From the NCBI GenBank assembly GCA_028023455.1, contig JAQFVV010000005.1, positions 14,260,001 through 14,324,000 of the forward strand: a DNA stretch of 64,000 bases. The letters are read 5' to 3'. Under the pieces are notes generated by a model that was given only the letters and a program-made list of their open reading frames with translations, was not told the origin of the DNA and did not search any database. The first letter of the stretch is position 1. Every line of letters begins with the position of its first letter. A program made the translations under genes and the position numbers. Source of the DNA: Epiperipatus broadwayi (lineage: Eukaryota; Animalia; Onychophora). Positions 1-14,300 of the stretch are shown piece by piece.

Positions 1-2139
1 ATTCTTACATAAACGATAACATATCTTCAGTTCTAATTTATTCATTATTTCTTTGAAAATATCTTTCTGACCGTTGCAGATTCATGAAATAAGGATAGCG
101 AAGATAGATGCATAGGATCAAAATACAACTAGAATATTACTTGTCATATACCTTGACAATCATGGCACAGTGAATTAAAAGACACTATAGAGGAGTGACC
201 TTTACCTGTCTACCAACCTCTATCATAGGAACGATGCTAAAGCTATTTCTTCAGCTTTATTCTAACATCAAAAGTTTAAAGATATGCAAAACACTGTCCA
301 AACCATATGTGTTCAGTCATAGGACTTTGTTAACTATACTAAATCACACAAAACTAAATATGATTCAAATCCCTTATATTTTCCTATTTCTTAAAAAAAA
401 ACACATCATCTTGGTTTCCTCTCCACTAGTACTTCCAAGTCACTATCCGATCTTATTTCTCAAGATTTTTTCTATACTGTACATCGACAAATACATATCT
501 GCATTACTAACAATAATAAAATTCATTGATAGTTTAAAACTATTCCACTGTTCTATAAGAAAATCCTTTTACTACTTTCCTCCATATATTTAATCATATA
601 CAAACTATTTAAATATCTGAATACTTTATCACATGAAAGTTCAAAAGAATCACACAATTGTTCTGTTAAATTATATTATTAATATACTTTAAATAAATTG
701 TTGTATGCATATTCCGAATTACTCCTATCTCATTATATGTTAAAATGTTGCATAAAATGTGTACATATAATTAAGACTTTCATACTTCATTCTTAGGTCA
801 ATAGATGATCCAAAAAAAAAAATACATTATGCATTATAAATAACTATTAAAATTACCAAACGACCTTTATCTCCTCGATCGCGTTCCGTAGGCTTCACCA
901 TCCATTTGATCCTTGTAGATATAAGATTCACATCCATACACTTTATTTAAACACTATTTCTATAATTTTATCAAGCTATTATATTTAAATTTTAATATTA
1001 CTAAATTTATGTTTTATGTTTTCCCTAATCTCACATAACATTTTATATTTTAAAATAAATTAGTAAAAAAAAATATTCAAACTATATTTACTGTACTCCT
1101 TCCTCAAATTTTCCTGAAAACCGTTCATACTAAAGCCAAAAAAAAAATTGTTTATCATTTATTTTCCATTCACTTAATGTTCCTCTCCCTGCTTGTTCAA
1201 TTTTAAGGTAAAACAAATATTACTTCGTTCAATAAATATTCATGAATGATAATCCTTGGTTTTTATAATATTTAATACAATTGTTAATTATGATATTAGT
1301 TAATCCCGTAAAGAAAACTTCTAAATATTCTCTTCTAATATTTCTTGCTAATATTTTCTCCCGCGCGACTTTTACGATGCATCTTCTCAGTACTTTGATT
1401 TAAATATTCAATAAAACTTTTCTGTTTCCATGGATTCATTTCATTAAGTAAATTAGATTTATATTCTCCAAATCTTTATCTTTATTAAGCATTTCTCTAA
1501 TGAACACTTTATAATATTTTTAATTCTTCTTAGAGAAAGTTTTTCGGTTCCTTTTCCATAAAAACACAATAGCTCTTTCATATTATTATTCTGTAACTTT
1601 TTTCCTTCTTTTAAAACTCTGGTACTATATACTTTGTAATGTTTCCTTTAAAAAGACAAACATTCTTTCTCCATTATAACTTTTACATAATTTTTTCTTT
1701 ATGATATACGCATCTTAAATTTTCCATAGAGAAGAATCCAAAAACTTCGGAGTAGCCTTTTAAAATTGTGCGTCATAATTTTTCCTGACGGCAAATAACT
1801 TTTCTTTTAAGTTTTCGGTATAATGTCCAAATTATATTTATCTGAGTTCTAATGATTTTCTGGTTGCTCACAAATAAACTGTATTGCACTTTACAATTAT
1901 TTTTACTTTATCAATACTTTTAGGTACTTTTTTCTGTAGTATTTCCATTTTTACTGCAAGGTTTCGGCTAAACTTGAATAAAAAATCCTGGTAAGAAATC
2001 TTTTAAATTAGCCTTCCATTTAAAGGCAGTTCAAAATATTATATTTTGAAACAAAACTTTTAAAATAAATACAAAAATTTTAAATTATAACACTTTTCTA
2101 GCTTACGATCTTATACAGCTAAAAAATTATGTTCCTCCT

Positions 2140-2310
2140 TCCTTTACTTACACATTCCTTCTCCCGCTCCGTCTAATTCCTATATTTCGTCTGCTAAATA
2201 CCTCCATTGATTGGTTAATGACTTTTTTAGCGCGAACAAATTTACACATTTTTAGTTTTATAATAGATTAAACTTTTTAAAATAAAGAATTTATGACGTC
2301 ATGTTTTAAA
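2140..2310. promoter_or_regulatory. Possible promoter (CpG cluster, CCAAT box, CRE palindrome)
   Basis: ATTGG at 2210-2214 and TGACGTCA at 2294-2301 within a local CpG cluster in a CpG-poor background. No linked gene was identified. Confidence 0.25.
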
Positions 2311-2974
2311 ATATTACTTAGAATAGTATTTTTAAACTCAATTATAGTTTTATCAAAATCATTTAAATTTTAAAACAATTATTAAAATAACATTTAATAT
2401 TTCAACTTTTACTTTAACGATAGATAGCAATTACATTTAGTTTTATAATTCACAAACTTTATTATTATATTCTAACAAGCGTGTGTGTGAAGGTATATAA
2501 TATATAGTCACATGATTACTAACTTTATCAGATGATTTTTTTTTTGTTAATTTACGTCTCGGTCTAAATTACCAAAACTGATATATTTTATAAAAATTTG
2601 GAAAATAATTTAAAAATGTAGAACTAAATATAATTCTCACCATCCCAAAGTTTATTTTAACATATATTAGATTAGATTTGAATATTAATTATAATTATAA
2701 TATTACATATCGCGTTTATTTAATCTATTAGTTTTAAAACATTACAATTGAATTGTTAATATACTTTTAACTATTTATAGCTGTATTATTTTATATGGCC
2801 AGCTTTTACAACCATAAGCAAGGATATAATTAAGCTTTATTTAACTTTTTTTTTTTTTAAATAATCCATTACACTTTTTCATACCAGGTATTTTTCAGCC
2901 TTAAATTGTACTATAAAATCTAATCGATCATACAATTATCAATATATTACACAAACGTATTTTAAAATTTTTTA

Positions 2975-4080
2975 TCAATTGACCATTCTACCTTATTATG
3001 ACCTATAGATAAGGGCACAATATATATATACTCTGTTTGATTAAACTGTCTAAAAAGTTTTAAAGTCCACTATAATGTTGGAGGAAGAAAAAGTTTAACA
3101 CCAATTTTCTATTTCAAATATTTCAGATTTGCCACCTGTAAAAATAATACTTCCTCTTATTTCATCGTAGAAACTGTGTGATATGAATAAATTTGGTGGA
3201 CAAGGAATTTCAAACTGCTATAGATCTGTCCTATTAACTGAATCAAATGTCTTGACCAAATTAATAAAAGCAATACATAAATCCTTTCTTTCTTCCAGAC
3301 ATTTTTCTTGCATTTGTCTGGCAATAAAGGCCATATCTAGTACCTCCTTGATTCTCTAAAACCACCCTGAGTTTCTTACAACCATTCATTTTTGACTTGA
3401 AACAATCTATTCGATAAAATTATTAAAAAGTACCTTTAATGGATAATAATGGTATTCCACTGTAATTATGGATTCTTGTCTATCCCCTTTGTTTTTAAGA
3501 ATTGGAACAATAAAAGCATCCTCAAGATCATCAGATAGCACAACTTCATGAGTCCATATACTTCTAAGAAAGTCCAATATTATTTTTTACACTAACCATC
3601 ACCATATTTTAAAACTTCCTTAGGTATTTAATCAGGACATGTTGCCTTTCCATTTTTAAGATTACAAAGAACTGTTTTGGCTAGACTAAACTAGATGTAT
3701 TTGTTCAAATCTAAATGAATAGATAAAATGGATAAATCACTAAAAGTCATTATCTCAGTTTTTGAATTATTATTTAAAAGATGATGAAAATACTCATTTT
3801 ATTTGTTTAAAATATCATTGACTCCATAAAAAAGAATGCCACTGCTCAGATTTAATTGGATTATGATATTATTTCTCAGATGCATATGTTTTTTTTCAAT
3901 CCAACAAAAAAAGATCCAGAATGATCACGATCAGTGAATGTATCTTTTTTGAGTTTTAATCCACCAATCATTTTTAAATGTTTTTGTCAGCTGTTAAACT
4001 GTCTTTAGGTTGCTATATTATGAAATTCCACATTTAATCTACCATGCAGAACATGCCACACTTTCTTTAAATCAAATCAT
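2975..4080 (-). mobile_element. Degenerate RTE-type LINE fragment (RT domain and upstream linker)
   Basis: Manual minus-strand translation gives broken RT motifs: FIVPILKTKG, ILSNRL, GFRESR, MAFIARQMQEKCLEERKDLCIAFINLVKTFDSVNR. Many stops and frameshifts. Confidence 0.75.
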
Positions 4081-4084
4081 TAAT

Positions 4085-4310
4085 CATCACATGATCACCA
4101 TCTCTTATTCTAGCACGTGTTATTAAATAGGCAAAACTCCATACAGTAGTGACACCCTGTGCCAACCAGAGTAATCAAGGTGCCATGCTCTCAGATCTAA
4201 GACTCCTCACTGACTAAAGCCACAAGCCTTCTGGCATCCATTGATTACTGTGGTTGGCACAGGGTGGCACTATTGTATGGAGAGTTTTGCCTGTTTAATA
4301 AGATCATTGT
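4085..4310. mobile_element. Foldback repeat family copy A (putative non-autonomous Penelope-like element)
   Basis: Inverted arms aggcaaaactccatacagtagtgacaccctgtgccaaccagagtaatcaa and ttgattactgtggttggcacagggtggcactattgtatggagagttttgcct. The terminal motif catcacatgatcaccatctc is shared with four other copies. Confidence 0.75.
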
Positions 4311-4599
4311 CAAAAAACCAGTTGTGATTTTTTTTTTTTTAGCAAATCCAAGAATAGATTTAACTATATTCACAACTCATTCCGTAAAGATGGTTTCATA
4401 TTTTAGCAATATATCAGTCCTGAAGATACAAATTACCAATTTTAATGTTGAATAACTGTTGAAATTTGGTACATATATTAGACTTTTAAAGAACAAATAT
4501 AAATTTTCAATTTGTCCCCTCTACTTTGAACATTTTTTAGCAAAAATCTTTTATTGTACATATATACATAAACAATCTTATATTGCATTAGATCCTAAG

Positions 4600-4835
4600 A
4601 TCTAGATGCATTGCTTTCAGATCCAAGGCTCCTTACTGATGAAAGCCAAAATCTAGAAACTAGTCTGGGGATATTGCATAAGTAGGCACTAGATAAGAAT
4701 TTTATGCACAAACCTTGCATACATTGATTAGCATTGGGTGGCACTACTCAATGGAGAGTTTTGCCTCTGTTTTAACATCTTGTGCAAGTATAGGAAATGG
4801 TGATCATGTGATGTTTAGTGGTTTAAAAATAGATT
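4600..4835 (+). mobile_element. Foldback family copy B, containing a hammerhead-like core
   Basis: Shares gggtggcactac...atggagagttttgcc...tggtgatcatgtgatgtttagtggtttaa with copies A, C, D and E. Confidence 0.75.
4629..4672 (+). ncRNA. Putative minimal type I hammerhead ribozyme (stem II non-canonical)
   Basis: CTGATGA at 4636-4642 and GAAAC-TA-GTC at 4656-4665 with self-complementary ACTAGT. Flanks ctcctta and tggggat pair as stem I with G-U wobbles. Stem II region aagccaaaatcta pairs poorly. Confidence 0.5.
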
Positions 4836-5479
4836 CCAGTACTATTGCATTTTGGTCAATGTATAACAACAGTGACTGTGCATTGCCTTTCCTCTGCTTG
4901 CTGTACAGCTTGAGTATAATGAGGATTTTTTTCCCTTTTGTAATTTAAAAAAAAAAAAAATCCAGCATATAAATATTTTATTTTAAGCCCTAAAAATGTT
5001 GAAATGTTCAACAAATCAGTCTAAATAAAAATAAGAAAAATGAATTTAAATATGAATGCCTCTCCTGATCACTTGACTCGAAATACTATCGTCATTAAAA
5101 ATTATAACTTACTTTATTAGACTTGGGGATGTTTTTAATTATTGAAGCGATACAGATGATGCCATTTGTAAAATTTGCTATCAGTTAAATTCAAAAGATG
5201 AATTTACTACTAGTAAAAAAATAGTCTGTATGGAAAATAAACTATTTAGAGTGACATTTAAATCAAAAAATTTATACTGCTTCTGTTATTGCCATCAAAA
5301 TAAAAATAATGGAGGAATTTGAGAATTTTAACTGAAAACCTCGTAGTCTGTGATTAAAAAATGTTGAATGCAAGAGAAAGACAAAATAATTAAAATTCTA
5401 GTAGACAATGTTATCTAGCAATTATCATTAATTTGTCAATGCTTTCTGTGTAATATATACATGATAGTGTAGGAAAATA

Positions 5480-6850
5480 AATTAATATTACCACATCATT
5501 GCATAGCAAGAATTATTCCTTCGAATTTATAAAATGTATAAATTTAATCATACATAAGGAGATTATTAAATAAAGGTCAAACATTTTCATTTCTTTTTGA
5601 TAGTTGATGAAAGTACAGATATTTCAATAGAAAAAGTATATGTAAAATACAGATCAAAATTTGAATCCAGCTATCAGACAAAATTTGTCAGCATTATTAA
5701 GTTCATTACACGTGATAGTCATTCTATTGTAGTAAAGATAAAAAAAAAATATTTTTTTTTTACGTGTCATAGCATCAGCCGGAAAGCTAACCCGGGACAA
5801 CTGCTTGTAAGGGAGCTATGCTAACCTCTCGACCACCGACTCTTTATAACTGCTTGTCTATGAGATGAAATTTCACATTTAGTTCAACAGCATTGTGTGG
5901 CTTACGAATGTTTGGAATAGATGATGCATGGAAACAGGTTCCATTTATTAAGAATATTAAAATTCTTTTAAGAACAATGTATACAATGTTTAGTAGATCA
6001 ATGACAAAAATTGAAAAAAATAATTAACATTTAAAAAATTGATTTTATATCATTCAGACCTCTCACTGAAATAAGATGGGTATCTAGATATTAATTGCTT
6101 TAGTAAGAAAGTATAACATTTTAATTAGTTACTGCACAGAACGAGTTGAAGAACTTAACAATCCAATAAATAAATATTGTTTGAAAAATCCACAATATTG
6201 GATAGCATATGTCATTTTTCAAAATGTATTTGTAGAATTATTAGCATTAAACAAAACTTTGCACAAGACTAATTTATCCTCAATGTAGGCATACCAATTT
6301 GCAAAAACAAAAATTAATAAATCAAGAGCACAGTATGTAGATAATCTGCTGGAGTGTGAATGTTCAAATAATGTTAGATTCCAATGATTATATAGATATT
6401 TCACCAATACTTAAATTTATTCAACTGCTTTGTAATCATTTGGATACTAGATTTCCAGAGAAAGATATAAATAACTTGAAAAGGCATTCAAAAGAATATT
6501 TTTGTCATGAAAAATAATTTAAAGATAGACCATGAAAAAGACAGTCTATAATGTTTGTTTGTAAAATATGAATATAATTAATAATAGTGGTAAAAGCCAT
6601 AGAAGCTTAATACAATTTTAGAACAATATAGTAATTTGAAATTTTTAATAAATAAAAAATATGAAATTAGAGTAATCGAGTCATTTAATGATTTAGTTAT
6701 ATATGCCTTAAAAGAGCAAGAATGTAAAGAACTTTTGATAATTTTTGATATTTGTGCAACTTTTCAAGCTTCTAGTGTTTTGCAATAAAATCAAAATCCC
6801 ATAATAGACAAGATAATGGAACATTTGGATAATGTAATAAAAATTAAGCA
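5480..6850 (+). mobile_element. hAT transposase remnant (ZNF862-like), interrupted by a SINE
   Basis: ORF 5597-5824 has MIVDESTDISIEK, the hAT first catalytic Asp motif. A dimerisation-region-like DICATFQASS lies near 6750. Multiple stops. Confidence 0.65.
5752..5841 (-). mobile_element. tRNA-Gly-derived SINE, short subfamily
   Basis: Reverse complement gagtcggtggtcgagaggttagcatagctcccttacaagcagttgtcccgggttagctttccggctgatgctatgacacgt(A)n: tRNA-Gly(TCC)-like body, tgacac tail and poly-A. Confidence 0.85.
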
Positions 6851-7049
6851 ATATAGTACATCTTGTCAGAAAAGCAGATAAATGTAGACCATATTATAAA
6901 ATTTGGATAAATCTTGAATGAATGATGTGAAAAAACAAAGGATATTATTGAGTTTTGTTATTATTTTTAAGTTCTACAATATTTTATTATATATAATTTT
7001 TTGTATATAAATGTGTAAATAAATGCTGTATCTTGATGTCTTTGTCTAT

Positions 7050-7560
7050 ATTTTTTTGTTGCACATTGATCAGTTTAGTGTATTCAGCTCTTATGTTTTT
7101 AGCTCAGAGGCAGTCTACTCTTAGAGGGAACATTGCTACTCACTTATCCATTGCTTGGTAGATCTGTACTTCATTTAAAAATGCAGTATCTGCATTGTCT
7201 TTCTACATATTGAAAATTGTTTTATCATTGTCTTTATTGATGTTCTTACAAATGTATTTGATAGATTTGACTGAGATATATATTTCAACGTTAATATATA
7301 AATTAAACATCTTAGATAGAAGTGGAAAATATAGCACACTATCTCATTTGTGCATAGAATTTTCACAATAACTTTTCTGTCTCCATTTTCATGAGTTCTA
7401 TGTCTATATAAAGGATAACTTATTCTTTTTTGTGAATCTTTTAAAAATGATTTTGGGTAATATTTTGTGCATTTTTCATCTTCCATGTATGGAGCTGATG
7501 GTTTAATAGCACCATGACCATGTATCATATATGAAACAATAATATTGTGCAGATCCTTGG
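7050..7560 (-). mobile_element. Helitron Rep remnant, downstream part
   Basis: ORF 7175-7528 MIHGHGAIKPSAPYMEDEKCTKYYPKSF...YPLYRHR resembles the Helitron MIHGPCG...CTKxYP...YPLYRRR motif. SNLSNTFVRTSIK region corresponds to the SIKYICKYVNKG segment in another frame. Confidence 0.8.
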
Positions 7561-7865
7561 ATCTGGAATTTTGGCACTTATAAATATTATCAAACTGATT
7601 TAGTTATAATTTATTTTTCACCCAAAGTAAAATGTATGCATGAGATAAACCTCATTTTGCCATTCAACAGAATACATCGGTATCTTAACTTTCAATCTAA
7701 AATCTCTTGTTAATAGATAATATCTATTAGTAATGTTATCACCATACTATACCTTAGTTCAAAGGTGTGCCAAGGGCCATTTGGATATTTATAATATCAT
7801 TTGTGGGCCATACAAAATTATTAACTTAAAACATTTGATTAAAAAATTCATTTATCCCCTAATCG

Positions 7866-8700
7866 TTAGGAGTGGGCAACCTTCTCAACTTGAGACAATT
7901 TTAATTTGCCTTTTTTAAATGTGGACCATAATTTTTTGTGAATTAAAAATAAAGTAACATTTTTATTAATGATTCCTCCATATTTAATGATAATTTATCC
8001 AATTCACATTGTCACTATGCTTCCTGATATATTCTCAAATTTCTTTTTATGCTTTTGACAGATTAATTCTAAAACTAGGATGCAGTCTTTTACAAGCTGC
8101 CCTTCAATAAATGGTTTTGAATTTTTTAAGGGTTTTTTTTTTTAAATGCTTTCACAGAATTTTCTGACTTGTTTCTACTTTTTATGAACATATCAGCTAT
8201 TTGGTGAAGCTGCTTTTCAAGTTTCTATTTTAATATTTCTTTTTTCTCCAACAATTTTGTTGTAATCAGAATGTTTTAATACTGTATTTTTTATTAAATG
8301 AAATACTTTCCAGATATATCAGGCACATCGATTTATTATTGCTTTCTTTTAATTTTAAATAAATATTAAGACATTTAAACCAGAAAATTACAATTATTTT
8401 AGAAAAGAGAAAATATTTATAATTGTTGTATTGCGTTCTTTAAAAAAAAAAGTGAGTTGGTCCATTTCTCTTGAAATGGCAATTTTTTATCACTTTTTAT
8501 CTTAATTGGTGTAACCATCCTAATAAAAAAAAATAAATGCAAAGCAATAATGATAAAACAAAGTAAAATTCGAGTTTTATTTTTTATCAATATAGGTTCC
8601 TCTGTGAAAATCACTATAAAAACCAACAAAATGCTCTCAGCATCCTAGATTAAATGTGTAATTAGATAGACAACATAATATACATAATTAGTTGGCATAT
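7866..8700 (-). mobile_element. Internally deleted hAT element (GTF2IRD2/SPIN-like transposase N-terminus) nested in the Helitron
   Basis: Minus frames give KLPFQEKWTNSLFF, SMCLIYLESISFNKKYSIK and NSKPFIEGQLVKDCIL...KKKFENIS. A hAT-like terminus taggagtgggcaacct is at about 7867-7882. The other end was not defined. Confidence 0.6.
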
Positions 8701-8789
8701 TGCGTCACTGATAGAATGAAGTACAACTCATGTAAAGGTTGGAGAGAGAAAAAGATGTTATTGAAGAAATAAATTTTATTTTACTTCAC

Positions 8790-10500
8790 TCTTAATTCAA
8801 TATTTTTACTAAGCTCATGTTTAAATAGATTTATACAGGGCCATTTTATATGTATTTTTGAAAATGTCTATGGGATAAATTGGTAGCTTTCAAGGACATG
8901 ATGTGGCCCTAGGGACAGAGGTTCCCCATTCCTGATATTGTTCATTCTTAAACTAAGCCAATAAGGATTACATGTACAGATAATGAATAGATCATGGTAA
9001 ACATGAGATTTTAAGTATGTAACAGTATCTTGTGTATATTCATGAAGATGTCTTGGGCTATTAATGAATATAGAAGGAAGTATGACAATCATCCTAAATC
9101 ATTAGGACTAATGTGAGTTGTTATGAAGAGCATCTTGCAAATGATTGTAACTTTCTGCTCAAAATTTATTTTGATTTGATGATATAAAACAAAAGTATTT
9201 ATTTTCAATTTTCACATACATATTCAGAAATTGATAACTTTTTAAATCGTAACAATGGGTTGAAATTGATATGATATAGCATCAAATGACAAGCAAATAA
9301 GTTTATTACTGAAACGTTCTTTCCTTTCTGTGATTGTTTTGTTACTGGATTAATTTGAAGTATATTTAAATGATAACCTTGTCCATTCCAAAATATTAAA
9401 AGATATTGAAGAGCATCATAGAAATGGTGTGTGTCATTCACTTGGATAAGAGTGCATAAATGCAGAACAATATCTCATGATAAAAATTAATTCCCAACAA
9501 TTATTTGCAACTTTGTTAATGAGCAGTGTGTTGTATATCATTTTATGTTCACCATGTGGAAATACATGTGCAATAATTTTATAATCTTGATTAGGCATAA
9601 TCTCCAATGCTGTTTTAAATGTTTGACTAATATGATTATGGTGCAACATTTATTGAAGGCTATTAGTAATATTTCTGTTTTCTTACTGTAATGCATATTG
9701 GCTATTAGTTTTAACTTCATTTCCTGTAAAATAAATTTGTAGGAATTGATGATCATTATTTTACATTGATAGAATTGCTCCAATTCTATAGTATATTTGT
9801 CCTTGAAGTAAGAAAGTATGTGCAAATCCAGATTGTGTGATTAGCTCCAAAAGATATTTGAAACCATGAATTATATTTCTGGATATGAGCAAGAATATAT
9901 TTGGAATTATCAGATTGATTAAAAATATTTTTTAGAGGTTGAATTGGTTCTTGTAAATAATGAACAGAAACCTTACCCGATGAATAGCAAAGGCCTCGGG
10001 TTTCATTTTTCCATATCATAGCATCACAATATTGACCTGTATTTTTTTATTCTGTCAATCGACAGTAATGATGAATGAGCATAATGAATTGGTAGATTGT
10101 AATTGAAAGCATCACCATACAAAGAATCCCATATAAATTTTAAAATGTGCTATCTTATAATCAATTGTCATTTACTTTGTTATTGTTAACTCATATTAGT
10201 TTGCAATGCTATTTTAGCAGCTCTTGATGTTGCTTACATTTTACTACATATGTCTCATATTGAGACATAGGTTCTGATTTTTGAACCCTTCAGCGCTCAA
10301 TAGTTTGATCTTCAGTCTCTGCAGCTCTTAATGCTATCTGACACTGAGCCTATTCATTCTGTTGCTGTTCTATATTATCTATAGTTTCTTGAGTTCTCAC
10401 TGATTATATTACTTGTTCTCTGGATGAATAATGTGCAAAATTGGTTTTCCTTTTTTGTGTCATTTTTGATTCAGTATAAGTAAACAATGTTAATAGATTA
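8790..10500 (-). mobile_element. Helitron Rep remnant, upstream part (helitron-like N domain)
   Basis: ORF fragments MIVILPSIFINSPRHLHEYTQD...DLFIICTCNPYW, YDALQYLLIFWNGQGYHLNILQINP, KTALEIMPNQDYKII and KYNSWFQ are all Helitron Rep motifs. Highly disrupted. Confidence 0.85.
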
Positions 10501-10519
10501 CATACTAATATGATGTTCC

Positions 10520-11370
10520 AATAATGTTTTAAAGTGTTACTTAACTAAATGTTTTGTGCATTCTTTTGAACAATGTTATTTTTAAAAATAAAAATTGTTT
10601 TAATTTTTTTATTTAAAGATAATTATTTGAATAGGTTAAATTTTAACGTTCTTTCTGAAATCAACAAAAATTCCAAGCTATATTAAAACTTCCTTAATCA
10701 CTGAAAATAAATAGTTCCTGCTATTTTTGATACTGTATAAATAAAAAATGTCAGTGGATTGCATATTTATATGATGTTCAATTCCAGGCTTGTTTTAAAA
10801 TATTACTTAAATAGAAAAAAGGTTTTGCTCATTCTATTGAGCATTTTTATATTGCAAATTAACAATGTTTTTAAAACAATTTAAATATTATAAAGCAAAA
10901 ATTTGTAGCTTATAAAATTCTAGACCAAAAAAAAACCCAAAGAAAATCAAAATTCCAAGCCAATATCAAACTTATGTAATCATGTGAGAATGTACTTAAA
11001 AGGAAATTGTAAAATCATGTATTTAATTTATCACTTGAGCAAAAAAATAAATAAAGTGGTTTTAATTTTTTTAAAAAGATAATCTTACTTTATAACTGAT
11101 CATAAATGATAATTTTTTCTGAAATGAAGCAAAATTCCAAGCCATTTTAATTTTCCAAAAGCAAAGAAAATTGTTCAACTAAGTAGAATGTGAATAAGAA
11201 TTCTAACACTTTGTAAATGACAATTTGAAGGTGAGATAGTTTTAAAATATTATCTCGTACATTTTTGTGAACAATATTCTTTTTAAAAATAAATTCTTTT
11301 TATTTATTTTTTAAAGACAATTATTTTAATTAAATTTTATTTACTTTTTTAAATTTAGTTTAAAATTCTA
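10520..11370. repeat. Diverged AT-rich tandem duplications
   Basis: aaaattccaagc recurs three times (near 10670, 10950, 11135), and tgaacaatgttatttttaaaaataaa recurs at about 10568 and 11268. Confidence 0.45.
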
Positions 11371-11387
11371 AAAAAAAAAAGCTTTAA

Positions 11388-14300
11388 ATGTGATGTGATG
11401 TGATGTATTATGGCTTCTCCTTAAACGAAGTCAAGAATATCTCGGCAATTATGCCCAGATAAACCTGTTAGCCACTTTCTTTTACATTCCCCACTCTAAA
11501 TTTAACCATAATCTGCTCTATCCCATTTCCACAACATAATTTTTGTCAACTCTATAACCTTTATATCTAAATCCCCCTTATCTTTTCCCAAACCCAGCAT
11601 AAAAACCAATAATTCACTTTCTGTATAATCACTCTTTTCATATTTATTTTTCCACAACTTCATTATATGTACCCTTTCTGTTTTCAAACATTTACATTCA
11701 ATTAACAAATGCCTAATATTTTCAATTCCTTCCTTACATAATTTACAAAGTAAATCACCCATATTTTTCCATTTACATGTATATTCTTTTGTAGCTAAAG
11801 ATCCCGTTCGAGCCTTAAACAATAAACTACTTTCCTTACTATTATCATATATTAACTCACACCTAATATTCTGTTTATTTCTATATATATTTAAACTCTT
11901 TTTACTCTCCATACTATTTCTCCATCTCTCTAACTCCCTAGTCTTTATTAATAAATTTATTCTTTTATCCCATTCCTTACTACTATAAACTCAATAATCC
12001 TCTTAACACAATCATCCCATCTTTTGTACAAATATACTGATATAAATTCTTTATCCAAATCTTTTGCATAGCGCGTTACCTTTCTCACCCATCTTGTTAC
12101 CTGCCCTTTACTCATAACCCAATTAAATACTATTTTAGCTATTCTTTTATTATCCATAAACTACAATCTACCAAACATTTTCATTTTACTTTTTGCATCT
12201 CTCATATGAAAACTTGACCATCCCATTTCTCCTTGAATTGCCTCCCTTGCTGTCCATACTTCTGCATCCAATGCATGTCTTCCTACTTTGAGCTTTTTCT
12301 AAATAATCTAATATCTTTTTACTAACATATAATGCATCATTACCATATGTTAACCCTGCTACTGCAACTCCTTTCCATATAATTCTAGCTACATCATATT
12401 TATTATATGAAAATACTGTTAATTTCTTTATCAATCCCTTTCTTTTTTTTGCTTCATTTATCAATTTTTTCTCCCATTTATCCAAATAATTTTTCTGATT
12501 ACTTAAAATAATTCCCAAATAACTATATCTATTCACCACACTTAACTTAATATCTCCCAATAAAAATTTTACATCTTCTCTTTCCTCAGTATTAACCATC
12601 ATTATATTTGATTTTTCTTCACTAAATTTAATCCCCATCTCTTTACCCACCCTTGCACATGTCCTCAACATAACTTCCATATCTTCTCTTTTTTCTGCAC
12701 ACAAAAATATATCATCTGCAAAAAAAAGACCTGACAAAATATATACTCCCTTACTACCTATTAACGGTATCTCTATCCCTCTTCCTAATCTTTCTATTGC
12801 TCTTTCCATTTCACTCAAATACAACATAAACAAAATAGGTGACATAGGGCATCCTTGCCTTAGTCCCACACCATTTTTAACTTTAATTGATTCTATATTC
12901 TCTAATTGATATATATATAATAATTATTTTCATATAATTTCTTAATAATATCTATTAAAGCTTCATCCATTCCCAAATTTGCTAAACTTATCCATAATCT
13001 ATTTCTATTTACTCTATCATATGCCTTCTCTATATCTATAAAACTCATATATAACTGTTTATTTGCATTCCTACTCATATCCATAAGTTGTGTAACTACA
13101 AATAAACTATCTCCTATACACCTATCTAATCTAAAACCTCCTTGCATTTCACCCACTACATTATTCCCTTCCATCCATTTTACAACTTTACTAGCCACCA
13201 TATACGAGAAAACTTTATATAAAACTGATGTTACCGCTATCGGTCTATAATTATTCAACTTTCTATGATCCTTACCCTTTCCTTTAAATAATAACCTTAC
13301 TCTTGTATTACTCCAACTACTTGGGAAAACTCTATTCTGTGCCATTTTATTAAAACAGGATAATAACTTTACTTTTGCCCTATATCCTAAATTCATTACC
13401 ATTTCTGCTGCCCATCCACCTAAACCTTTTGCCTTCCCACTTTTCAATTTCTTCTCTACCTCATTTAGTTCATTTTCTGAAAAACTAATATTCCCATTAC
13501 TATATTCTTTCATATTTTCTAATATTCTATCATTCACATCTAACATCTTTTCTATATTCATTACATAACTATTTAAGATTCTCTCTAAATCTTCTCTAGA
13601 ACTACACTCAGTTCCCTCATCATCTAGTAATACTAACTCTCTCTCCCCTACATTTCTCCTTTTAATATAATTCCAAAATTTTTTTACTTCCTTCTCTTCC
13701 ATTTTTATTAATATCCTCCAACAATTTACTATTCAATTTCATTCTCTCTCTATAAATATCTATTTTAGCCAACTTCTTCTTTTCTAAGTACTTTTCCCAT
13801 TTAGCATTAATATCTTTTTCACTTTCCTTATTTTTAATAGCACACTTATATTCTCTACATGCTTCTTTCCTTTCTTTTACACTTTTACTAATTTTAATTT
13901 TTTTATTACTTTTATTCTTTTCAATATTCTCACCTAAAACCCTATTTGTAACTTTTTCTACTTCCTTACACCAATCCTTATACTCATCCCTAACCCACTC
14001 TTCCATTATTTCTTCAACTTGTATTTTATACTCTTCCAACTTATTCTTATCATTTACTCTCCATCCACATCTTTCACTATTATTTCTACTTTTATTTCTA
14101 TTCTCCATCACATTACTAACCATTTCAATTACAATGAAATTATGATCACTAGTGCATACTTTTTCTTCATTATCAAATACCTTAATTTTCCGTATTTTAT
14201 TTATTCCCTCTTTCTCTACCAATACATAATCTATTGTGTGAAATATATTATTTCTGGACCATGTGTATTGTCCCTCATAAATATTTAATAAATTTCCAAT

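Noticed and set aside
195-593. Plus-strand 132-aa ORF and other antisense ORFs (14019-14288, 14775-15008, 16258-16542, 36224-36583, 48991-49251, 50039-50230)
   Set aside because: Low-complexity shadows of opposite-strand TE or ZF frames, with non-ATG starts in several cases and no motifs.
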